Source: Octopus sinensis (lineage: Eukaryota). Taken from it: a stretch of DNA of 33,102 bases. The stretch is from assembly GCF_006345805.1 (NCBI RefSeq), contig NW_021832100.1:1-33102 (forward strand), read 5' to 3'. This document shows, piece by piece, positions 23,348 through 33,102 of the stretch. The first letter of the stretch is position 1; each line of letters starts with the position of its first letter. The position numbers and the translations under genes were made by a program. Below the pieces are notes generated by a model. That model searched no databases. It saw only the letters and a program-made list of their open reading frames with translations, and was not told where the DNA came from.

Positions 23348-23790
23348 GTTAAAACATAGTCTGGTTTTGACGATTTTTATTATCGTATTTAAAAAAATTC
23401 TTTTTACAATGTTGAAGTGAATTAAACATTAAAAAGAAATATTTTGTAATGTTTATAAAGTACAATTGGCACTTTCATACGTCTGTAGTATTCATCATAT
23501 TTCAAAATGTATTAACTGACAGTGAGTTGAATGTTTGACAACTGTACTAAAATGACTGACTTCTTCCTTTTTATACCTTTTAGAAGGCTCCGACAATTTG
23601 AATTTTTTCGAATACGGTTTTGACCAATCAGCATGCAGCTTAAGCGTCACGGTTTGCCGGGCGCACCAATATTACTGGCATAAATCCCGCCTTTATTATA
23701 ACCAATTAGCTTGCGGTTTAACATGTAATGGTTCTATGAGTGCGTAAATTTTGTTTGTTTCGATCGTTTTTATTTCAGTCAGAGGTGGGG
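23345..23790 (-). mobile_element. Probable 3' UTR/pseudo-LTR of the PLE at 24838-26040
   Basis: It lies downstream of that PLE once the foldback is removed. It contains GATTGG (CCAAT) and GTATAAAAAGG (TATA-like) motifs and a decayed HHR-like motif (ATGATGA-ATAC/GTAT-GAAA). Confidence 0.4.
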
Positions 23791-24774
23791 GGATCTTTTC
23801 CTTTTGATCAGCAGGTCGATAAATTAATCTTTTTTAACTAAACACTTTCAAACTTCTCACACTGGTAGAATGTGTCATATAGAACATCTTTTACTCTTGG
23901 CGTTGTTGAGAAAGTTGCTATTTACGAAGTTATTTCGTGTTAAAGTTGTCGTATTTCGGTAATTTCAACCAATCAATGACGTGCATTCAGCTGAATAAAA
24001 TTACTGCCGTTGTTTGTCAACAACTATCGGCGGTGTATATTTCGTTTGTTACTGTTGTTTGTAATATCGTTCGTGCGTTTGTCCTGTTTTTAGCTTTAGG
24101 GTTAGGGTTTTAGGATTAGGGTTAGGGTTTTGGAGTTATGGTTAGGGTTTTAGAGTTAGGGTTAGGGTTGGGGGTTTATAGTTAGTGTTACGGGAAAAAG
24201 TGAAAAATGAAGAAATTAGAGGGGAGGGTAAGGGGGGGCAAAAAATTTCAAAATTCCGATTTTGAGCAATTTTCCGGAATCTCCGTATCCGAAAAGCTAG
24301 GTTTTTGGCAAAAAAAAATTTTAACAATAATTTGCGAGAAAAGTGGGGAGCGGGAGGAAGTCTTTCCGAAAATAGTAGCTGAAAAACAGGAAAAAAAACT
24401 AAAAGCAGTAGAAATGCACGAAAGATTATGGTGGTGCCATGAAGTAAACATGCTTCAGATACACTCGTTTATTCATATAAACATAACTGAGATGAAATAT
24501 GTCATAAATAACAGTGACAAACGAAATATACACCACCAGAAGTTGTTGACAAACAACAGCAGTAATTTTATTCAGTTCAATAGACGTCATTGATTGATTG
24601 AAATTACCGAAATACAACTTTAATACGAAATAACTTCGAAAATACAAGCTTTTCTCTAGAACACTAAGAGTAAAAGATGTTCTATATGACACGCTCTACC
24701 AGTGTCCGAAGTTTGAAAGTGTTTGGTTTTTAAAAAATTAATTTATCGACCGGCCGATCAAAAGGAAAAGATCC
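23791..24774. mobile_element. Foldback/MITE-like element with ~275-bp terminal inverted repeats
   Basis: The left arm 23791-~24066 (ggatcttttccttttgatc...) is the reverse complement of the right arm ~24500-24774 (...gatcaaaaggaaaagatcc). No TSD is evident and no ORF is recognisable. Confidence 0.85.
24096..24177 (+). repeat. Interstitial telomere-like (TTAGGG) array
   Basis: Seven exact TTAGGG copies arranged in four ~20-nt units (TTAGGG TTAGGG TTTTRGRR-like). Confidence 0.9.
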
Positions 24775-24837
24775 AGTAGGAGTCTCCTGTAATTTTTTCA
24801 TATTCGTATATTAAAAAATATGTTTTAATCCACATCA

Positions 24838-26040
24838 CTAACTGGTTATATTATTGTTGTTATTTCTGTTCAGAACAGGTTTGAACATTTTAATAAACTG
24901 GGTTGTTTTTTTTTTTATCTTTCTTCCAACCTCACTTATGTCATGTAGTTTGTGGAAAGGAAAATTTAGAAACATTTTCTGACCACATTGTTCTATATGT
25001 TCACCCAATAGAATTTGGTGAACATTTGTGCTCCGGATTTGTTGTCCGTGAACTCGTGAGCGTTCCGATAATACATTCCCTGTCTCACCAATATCTAGTT
25101 CCTCGCAATTAGAGCATTTAATGCAGTAGATCAACTTTTTACTTTTGCAGTTCATTTCTCCATTTATGAAAATCTGTTCATTTTTTTTTTTTTTTGTTCT
25201 AGTAGATCTACCTGTATGCATGTATTGACACGTCCCATATCTGTTGTTATTACACTTGGATACTGTGAATATGTTATCCTGTTTATTCATGTTGAATTTT
25301 GCCTTTGTTAATAGTTTCTTTAGGTTAGATAAGTGTTTGATTAATCATTATGATTTTTTAATTTTTTACTTTGTGTCATGATTGGCAAATTTGTTTCGAT
25401 TTATGTTTAAAATGCTTTGATGATGCGGATTGTGTATTACTAGAAATGGTATTGTGTTCGGTTGATGGGTTCGTCATTCTCGTATTGCCCTAAGTTGTTC
25501 TATAGGTATCACTTTTACTCGTTGTGTGCTATTTTCTATAAGTAGGAGAGGGCATTTTTGCTTGAGCAGAAATGCTTTGAGTTCTATAAGTTGTATGTTC
25601 ATGGTATTTGGATCATCAACTATAGCACACACTTTCCTGGCTAGACAGTACAGGATGTTGCATTTTGTGTGTGTTGTGTGACATGATTTGAAATTTAGGT
25701 ACTGGTGTGTATCTGTGCTTTTGTGATAAATATCAGTTGTGATTGTGGTGTTGTTTTTAATTACCATTATGTCAAAAACTAACTGTATGTTGTTCATTTC
25801 CCTTATGAATTTGAGACGAGGGTGTAGATTGTTGAGGAGGGTGCTGAATTCTTCCAAATATTTTTAGGGGTTTGGTCCAAATTAGGAAACAATCATCGAG
25901 GTATCTTTTCCATGTGTCCTCTATATCTTCTAACGGTCATACCGTCGTTTTCTTCAATTTTTAATATAGGTTTTGTTCCAAATATACCAAAACTGAGTTC
26001 ACGGAAACTGGAGCAAATCGCGTCTCCATAGCTGTGCCTC
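24838..26040 (-). mobile_element. 5'-truncated Penelope-like retroelement (RT, thumb, GIY-YIG), second family
   Basis: [17 protein letters not shown] and WKRYLDDCFLIW (YLDD at 25892-25903). LNNLHPRLKFIRE...TDIYHKSTDTHQYLNFKSCH...LARKVCAIVDD (ORF 25474..25857). CNNNRYGTCQY...CKSKKLIYCIKCSNCEELDIGETG..L.ER..VH...FKPVLN (ORF 24838..25290). Confidence 0.92.
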
Positions 26041-26097
26041 AGTCAAATGACTGAAACAAGTAAAAGAATAAACGAATATATAGACAGAGAGACAGAC

Positions 26098-26154
<57 letters not shown>

Positions 26155-26173
26155 TATAGATAGATAGATAGAT

Positions 26174-26234
<61 letters not shown>

Positions 26235-26260
26235 GACAGAGAGAGAGAGAGAGAGAGAGA
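26040..26260 (+). repeat. SINE 3' tail followed by (GATA)n/(GA)n
   Basis: cagtcaaatgactgaaacaagtaaaagaataaa matches the 3' end of the 18063-18432 family, followed by a long gata run. Confidence 0.7.
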
Positions 26261-26420
26261 GGGGAGGAGAAAGAAGGACGACTCGTGGCTTAGTGGTTAG
26301 AGCGTTGCACTTCAATCCCAGATATTTTTCTACCTGAAAATGTTTTTAACATCTAAATAGGGTTTGTTTATCCGAAGATGGACCGGTTTGTCGCATGAGA
26401 TCTGCAAAGAAGCGACAATT

Positions 26421-26891
26421 TGTGTGTGTGTGTGTGTGTGTGTGTGCACGCGCGCGTATGTGTGCATGCGTTCGTGCGTGGTGTGCGCGTGCGTGTGTGC
26501 GCGTGCGTGTGTGCGCGTGCGTGTGTGCGCGTGCGTGTTGTGCGCATGCGTGTGGTGCGCGTGCGTGTGTGCGCGTGCGTGTGTGTGCGCGTGCGTGTGT
26601 GCGCGTGCGTGTGTGCGCGTGCGTGTGTGCGCGTGCGTTGTGCGCGTGGCGTGTGTGCGCGTGCGTGTGTGCGCGTGCGTGTGTGCGCGTGCGTGTGTGC
26701 GCGTGGTGTGTGCGCGTGCGTGTGTGCGCGTGCGTGTGTGCGCGTGCGTGTGTGCGCGTGCGTGTGTGCGCGTGCGTGTGTGCGCGTGCGTGTGTGCGCG
26801 TGCGTGTGTGCGCGTGCGTGTGTGCGCGTGCGTGTGTGCGCGTGCGTGTGTGCGCGTGCGTGCGTACGTGTGTATGCGCGAGTGTGTGTGT
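26421..26891. repeat. CpG-rich alternating purine-pyrimidine minisatellite (14-mer TGTGTGCGCGTGCG)
   Basis: Direct reading. It explains the HTRTRTHARA/CVCARACVRVRV ORFs. Confidence 0.95.
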
Positions 26892-26904
26892 ATTATTATG
26901 AAGG

Positions 26905-27150
26905 ATCAAAGGGCCTTCCAAGCCACAGGCTCATAAATCCGGTTTTCCGGATTCTATGGGGAATATATTCAGCCTCTAAACGGGATGCCGGTCTGTGGCG
27001 GGATTACTCAATTTTGTAGGCTGAGCAGAGTGAAGCATCGTGAAATGAAGTGTTTTGCTAAAGAACATAACGCATCGCCTGGTCCAGGGATCAAAACCAC
27101 AATCTTATCGTGAAGGCAATAACCTAACGACTAGACCATGCATCTCTACA
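26905..27150 (-). mobile_element. tRNA-derived SINE (degenerate)
   Basis: gtgaaatgaagtgttttgctaaagaacataacgc...ccagggatcaaaacc is the reverse complement of the core shared with 17160-17472 and 22580-22800. Confidence 0.7.
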
Positions 27151-27529
27151 ACATACATACATACATACATACATACATACATACATACATACATACATAC
27201 ATACATACACACATACATACATACATACACACACACATTGTATTTATATCTGTGTAACATTGTCTGTTTTTTCCGTCTTGTTTTGTATACATTCGATGCT
27301 TTCTTCCAAGGAATCTAATGCTCTTAGCTTAGTTTTTCCTTGGCGGCCAGATTGGAGCAATCTCAAGAATAATCAGCCGAATTGCGAGGATGATCTGGTT
27401 CTTGACTGAAGATAAAAACTTCGAATGACCCGTCCTTGCTTTCTTTGTATCATCTATCTATCTGGATGTTTTGTTGTCCTTTTTGTATCACCTAGTTGTC
27501 CGGATGTTTTGCGTTCTTGTCCCATTTTG

Positions 27530-27570
<41 letters not shown>

Positions 27571-27691
27571 TATCGGCGTACGTACACTTTGTTCTCTTAT
27601 ACATACATACATACATACATACATACATACATACATACATACATACATACATACATACATACATACATACATACATACATACATACATACA

Positions 27692-27722
<31 letters not shown>
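27530..27722. repeat. (TA)n and long (CATA)n microsatellites
   Basis: Direct reading. Confidence 0.95.
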
Positions 27723-27723
<1 letters not shown>

Positions 27724-27769
27724 ATTATTGGGGCACCAGGATATACAATATACTGACTAAATACCAATA

Positions 27770-28190
27770 TTGATAAACTACGCTTCTCAAAACCAGAAAG
27801 GAGAAAAACCGACTCGAAGACTACAGACCCAATCCATCACTGGAACTGTAAAAATCTGTAAAACTTACCAGAAGTTTATCATTTAAATATAATTGTGGTG
27901 TATTTCAGTATATATATGGATTTGAGTATGAGTATGTCGAGATATGCAAATATGTGCATGAGAAGACATAAAACAAAATATATGAATCTGCACGTTATAC
28001 ATACAATAATACATACATACAAAAATACCCTGGTGATGTTGAAATTCCAACGAAGGATCTAGGTTAGAAACTGGTTCTTTTTCTATTGGCAAGAAATCTT
28101 GAAATAAAACTGAATAATGACATACATACATACATACATACATACATACATACAATACATACATACATACATACATACGTACATACATAC
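27770..28190 (+). mobile_element. RLE-type LINE 3' end with 3' UTR and (CATA)n tail
   Basis: ..QKGEKPTRRL/SITGTVKICKTYQKF-like C-terminus (ggaactgtaaaaatctgtaaaacttaccagaagttt). The UTR ends gaaataaaactgaataatga followed by (cata)n. Confidence 0.6.
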
Positions 28191-28245
28191 ATATATATTT
28201 ATAAACACATATACATTTATATGTATACATATACGTGTATATATA

Positions 28246-28290
<45 letters not shown>

Positions 28291-29524
28291 ATCAGTAACA
28301 ATATAGGGTGAAATTAATTAATTTAGAATAATCATTAATTACACCAAGTAGATCTCGGCATGTAAAGGCGCTCATTCGAGGAAAGTTTAAGTAATACTAA
28401 GTAATTAAGGGTTTAGCAACGAATTGCCTCACCACACACCATCCGAATTAGAAATAGCAGTCAAAGAGTTATAGCTATCTTTCTCTTCTACTAAAAGGGA
28501 GATCACTTATATGTATGTATTTATATGTATACATATACGTGTATATATATATATATATCGCACTTATATGTATGTATTTATATATTAAATATATTTGCAT
28601 GTATGTGAGTATGTATGTATGTATGTATGTATGTATGTATGTATGTATGTATGTATGTATGTATATATGTATGCACATATGTACATTCACATTTTCATAC
28701 ATAAGCACATATATATATATATATATTTGCACTGAACAATATACACGTGTCGAATAACAAGAGCAATAATAATCCAAAACGGCCTACCCGCCCGGCTAAT
28801 CTCTGACACCCTGTTCGGATGTTGCGTGTACCGACGGGTATCGCATGAACCGTTATTTTAACAGCATCTGTAATGAAGCATCTCAGAGAATGTTTAACAA
28901 AGAAAAAAACAAGAAATATTAAAAGACGGGGGAAGATGCTTAAGAAAACAAAGAAATACATATTGCAAGAAAAGAAGAAAAGAAAAGAAAAACAGGAAAG
29001 GGAGGTGAAAGAGAGAGAGGGGGGGGGAATGGAGAAGGGGTGAGAGAAAAATAATAAAGATTGTTTGAGAAAGATACAGCATGTCGTTAGATGTGTTCAA
29101 TGTGAGGTTTTGACTACCAGCACTGCAATTAAGTGTTGTACCGTAAATTTCTCTTTACACCCACACCAGCATATCAGCGAAGGAAATGGTAAACAGTGAG
29201 AGAAAAAGAAAGAGAGTAAAAGAAGGGTGGAGAGAAAAAGAGTGGGAAGAAGATAAATTAACAGTGACATAAAAAAAACCCGCCATCAACGTGTGTTTAT
29301 TGAGTCCCAGCAATTTAGTTAAACATGCAACCGAATGTCGACTGCTCCTACCTTTGACCGACATCGATGGCAACAATCAGAGACACCACCAAATATCATC
29401 AAACATCACTCCTAGAAACAGTAACGTATGATGAGTAGTAAAAGAGTGTATGTGAAACCTTAAACTATGGTAAACTTCATTATAATTCCACGAATCAATG
29501 CAATGTTTAAAAAATAGCATCAGT

Positions 29525-29880
29525 GTATGGATAGATATCTGGTCTGTTAGCATTTATTTACATGCCTGTATGTATCCCATAATCCCATAGGATGATCACA
29601 TTCTCTTCCTCAGTGATGGACTCTAGATGATATTTATATTACTTCTTAGGATACGGAATATTATAGTGACGGCATATGCTCCAGTGCAAGTATTGTCCAA
29701 CTCAATCATGCTTGGTTTTATAAGGTTTCTGTCGGGACAAGGACTAGGCAACGGGCAACAATGTGATCAATACTCTCAATCTTGTCATTTCAGAGACAAC
29801 ATTTTGTGTCTAACTCATTGCTTGATAGTTTTGCGTGAGGAGGTCCTGATCTCGTACTGCTAGGATAAATCATTCTGTTT
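29525..29880 (-). mobile_element. R4/Dong-like LINE fragment (zinc knuckle to RLE)
   Basis: DTKCCL*NDKIESIDHIVARCLVLVPTE, then VGQYLHWSICRHYNIPYPK, ENVIILWDY and NANRPDI. Confidence 0.75.
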
Positions 29881-29979
29881 CGGTATTCAAACCTGCACTC
29901 TGTAGCCACTAATAGGTTCTTCTCATATATATATATCAGCATCCCCATAAAATGTTTTTTCGTGCCACAGTCTCGATTG

Positions 29980-30006
29980 TTATTATTATTTTTACTACTA
30001 CTACTA

Positions 30007-30055
<49 letters not shown>

Positions 30056-30061
30056 TACTAC

Positions 30062-30093
<32 letters not shown>

Positions 30094-30118
30094 TTATTAT
30101 TATTATTATTATTATTAT
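29980..30118. repeat. (CTA)n/(TAT)n microsatellite
   Basis: Direct reading. Confidence 0.95.
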
Positions 30119-30755
30119 GGTTTTTCCTTCTTTCTTCAAATTTTCTTCCGTTTCTCGCCGGGTGTTTTCCATACACCTAGGGTAGAGAAGCTCAATGTAT
30201 GCAATCCCAGATTACACACGCAAATTCACAGATAAAATATGTATTTAAAAATTAATAAATAAATAAATTCATGGATGGATGTTGTTTTCACAGCGATAAT
30301 GCTCTTCTCAGTAAATGAGCCGTTCCAGTTAATACGATTTTTTGCACTTCTTGTAGGGATGGTAAGCCTGGAATCATTTTCAAATAGGTTTCAGTACCTT
30401 TTTTTATCATTCCTAGAGATCCTACAATCACTGGTACTGTAGTCGCCTTGAGATGCCACATTTTTTTCAATTTCTATTAGCAGGTCTTTATATTTACTAA
30501 TCTTGTCAAATTCTTTCGCCGCTATATTGTGATCGCAAGGAATACTCATGTCAATTAATAAACACATCTTTTTTGTCTGATCTTTTATAATAATATCCGG
30601 TTTATTAGCTTTTATAGTTTTGTCGGGCTGTACGGGGAAGTCCTATAGAATCGACACATTTTCTCCCTTAGTCACAGCTTCAGGATGGTGTTTATATCAT
30701 TTGTCAGCGGTTTTGATTTTATAATACCGACATATTGTCCAATGTAAATACTGGC
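30119..30755 (-). mobile_element. 5'-truncated R4/Dong-like LINE (RLE domain, 3' UTR, (TAA)n tail)
   Basis: YLHWTICRYYKIKTADK*YKHHPEAV...ANKPDIIIKDQTKKMCLLIDMSIPCDHNIAAKEFDKISKYKDLLIEIEKMWHLKATTVPVIVGSLG...GTAHLLRRALSL*. The PD-(D/E)xK motif is visible. Confidence 0.92.
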
Positions 30756-30759
30756 CGAC

Positions 30760-30812
30760 TAGTATTATTATTATTACTATTGTTATTATTGTTATTATTG
30801 TTGTTGTTGTTG

Positions 30813-30846
<34 letters not shown>

Positions 30847-30857
30847 TAATACTAATA

Positions 30858-30906
<49 letters not shown>

Positions 30907-30965
30907 GCTGCTGCTATTATTTTTATTATTACTATTGTTGTTGTTGTTGTTGTTGTTGTTGTTAT
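30760..30965. repeat. (TAT)/(TGT)/(TAC)n compound microsatellite
   Basis: Direct reading. Confidence 0.95.
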
Positions 30966-31304
30966 ACTGGTCGAGTAACCCATCCCGCTCAAAAGGTCCC
31001 TGAACAAGGGTTGTTTAAGGATGTTGATCGAAACACCCATGTTTCCAGAGGTGAATTATTCAAACCCCAAAGAATCCCTCTCAACACATGGCTATGATGC
31101 TCTCACACTACTTCTGCTCGTGCTCAGAGATGCACATATCGTCAGCCACTAAGGGACATGCTCAACTGGTTACGGTCAAGCAACTGACAAGCAAATCTGT
31201 GGTATTGAGCAGAATATTTTCTGTAGCCCATCTTCAAGACAAAATATGTACATGATAACACTTCCAATCAGTTAAGATCAGAAGCCACCAGAGCCACTGT
31301 CTCA

Positions 31305-31324
31305 TTATTATTATTAGTAGTAGT

Positions 31325-31380
<56 letters not shown>

Positions 31381-31387
31381 GGTGGTG

Positions 31388-31439
<52 letters not shown>

Positions 31440-31445
31440 CAGCAA
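31305..31445. repeat. (TAG)n/(TGG)n microsatellite
   Basis: Direct reading. Confidence 0.95.
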
Positions 31446-31469
31446 AAGCATTATTATCCCGCGATCGTG

Positions 31470-31700
31470 ATTACAATTCATAGAATGAGTGATACATTGT
31501 GTTTTTGAGCAAAACACTTCATCTCACGTTGCTCTGCGATCACTTTGGACACCCGACGTGTGGCATTCCCTGCACCTGTTTAGGCAACGTTGATTTGATG
31601 AAGAAAGTAAGCTAATGTGCGGCACGAACATTTGCTCACTATAAACAAATCATTGGTGCAGGTCGTTAGGCAAAAGCTGAACATTTATAAGGGAGAGCCC
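31470..31700 (+). mobile_element. tRNA-derived SINE body
   Basis: tgagcaaaacacttcatctcacgttgctctgcgatcactttggacacc...gcacctgtttaggcaacgttgatttgatg. Homologous to 22580-22800. Confidence 0.7.
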
Positions 31701-32727
31701 CTAATTATCATCTTCGTCGTCGTCGCTATCGTCATCATCATCATCATTATTATTATTATTGAGTGAGAGAGCAGTGCATACCATCAAAGTGACACTGGGG
31801 TAAAATATACGAAGCCCAGTATACCCATCATGACTACACGTCTGATAAGGGTACACCAGGCACATGCATCACAACCATGTGTGTGCGACATGGTGATCTC
31901 ATCTCAAGATAAACAGCACATGACCTTGCAGGTGGGACCCAGTTAGAATTTTCTTCAGGTCGAGTAACCCATCCCGCTCAAAAGGTCCCTGAATAAGGGT
32001 GGTTTAAGGATCTTTGAACGAAACACCCATGTTTCCAGAGGTGAATTATTCAACCCCCAAAGAATCCCTATCAACACATGGCTATGTTGCTCCCCCACTA
32101 CTTCTGCTCGTGCTCAGAGATGCACATATCGTCAGACACTAAGGGACATGCTCAGCTGGTTAAGGTAAAACAACTGACAAGCAGATCTGTGGTATTGAAT
32201 ACAATATTTGCTGTAGCCCATCTTTTATTATTATTATTATTATTATTGAGTGAGAGAGCAGTGCATGCCATCAAAGTGACACTGGGGTAAAATATACGAA
32301 GCCCAGCATACCCATCATGACTACACGTCTGATAAGGGTACACCAGGCACATGCATCACAACCATATGTGCGCGACATAGTGATCTCATATCAAGATAAA
32401 CAGCACATGACCTTGCAGGTGGGGCCCAGTTAGAATTTTCTTCAGGTCGAGTAGCCCATCCTGCTCAAAAGGTCCCTGAATAAGGGTTGCTTTAGGATGT
32501 TGAACGAAAAACCTATGTTTCCAGAGGTGAATTAGTCAAACTCCAAAGAATCCCTCTCAACACATGGCTATGATGCTCCCCCACTACTTCTGCTCGCGAT
32601 CAGAGATGCACGTATCGTCAGCCACTAAGGGACATGCTCAACTGGTTAAGGTCAAACAACTGACAAGCAAATCTGTGGTATTGAGCAGAATATTTGCTGT
32701 AGCCCATCTTTTATACCAAGACAAAAC

Positions 32728-32778
<51 letters not shown>

Positions 32779-32780
<2 letters not shown>

Positions 32781-33102
32781 TAGTTTTATTTTTATTACAT
32801 GCTTTCACTGCACCACCGAGCGCAGCTTTGTGTGCCTTGGGTATGTACTGTGGTTTGTTGTGATGCTCTTATTTTCACTGTATTGAAAGTGTTTTACGTA
32901 GGATGTGTGTGGTGCCTAGTAGTGCTATTTTCTCTATGCTATATACATTCGTAAGTCCTGGCGTTTTGGTTGCGCATTTGTTTGAATATTTTTTAATCAT
33001 ACCGAATGTACCTACTATTATAGAATTGTTTCTGTTTTTAGGCTCCACATTCGAGTTACCTCTATTTGCAGATCTTGTATTTTGATAGTTCTCCGTTTCT
33101 TT
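32779..33102 (-). mobile_element. R4/Dong-like LINE 3' end with (TAA)n tail (runs off window)
   Basis: KYKDLQIEVTRMWSLKTET/IVGTFGMIKKYSNKCATKTPGLTNVYSIEKIALLGTTHILRKTLSIQ*, then a 3' UTR and (TAA)n at about 32728-32778. Confidence 0.9.

Larger units (their letters stand above)
30969..32727 (-). mobile_element. Three copies of a ~0.5-kb non-coding interspersed element (30969-31302 partial, 31761-32227, 32248-32727)
   Basis: Near-identical blocks (ggtcgagtaacccatcccgctcaaaaggtccctg..., cagagatgcacatatcgtcagccactaagggac) recur with a 487-bp period. Copies are separated by (TTA)n. Strand is inferred from the truncation pattern. Confidence 0.85.

Noticed and set aside
23455-23505. HHR-like ATGATGA-ATAC/GTAT-GAAA on the minus strand
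   Set aside because: C3 is missing and stem I does not pair, so it was not called as a ribozyme.
27380-27440. CTGAAGA...CGAAT...GTC motif in a repeat at about 27320-27520
   Set aside because: It lacks GAAA and convincing stems, so it was not called as an HHR.
31761-32727. CRISPR-like or LTR interpretation of the tandem copies
   Set aside because: The units are ~487 bp and separated by microsatellite. There are no short repeats with unique spacers, no TG..CA ends and no PBS/PPT.

Overview
AT-rich, microsatellite-saturated animal genomic DNA. The repeat families look like those of octopus/coleoid cephalopods (recognition only, no search run). No intact host gene, rRNA, functional tRNA or CRISPR array is supportable, and almost all ORFs in the track are translations of simple repeats or antisense of decayed transposons. 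The window is a nested transposon graveyard. It holds a Tc1/mariner relic; two Penelope-like retroelements (PLEs) with RT and/or GIY-YIG remnants; a cluster of type I hammerhead ribozyme (HHR) motifs in PLE pseudo-LTRs (2.7-5.9 kb); about nine fragments of R4/Dong-like RLE-type LINEs, several embedded in (TAA)n; four Helitron ends or elements; several tRNA-derived SINEs; a ~1 kb foldback element with telomeric repeats in its centre; a perfect 36-bp inverted repeat; and a tandem ~487-bp TAA-associated element. The best leads are an apparently intact HHR with a 58-nt stem II and a non-canonical A.A base shared with a second HHR family, and the TAA-embedded non-autonomous element next to TAA-tailed RLE LINEs.
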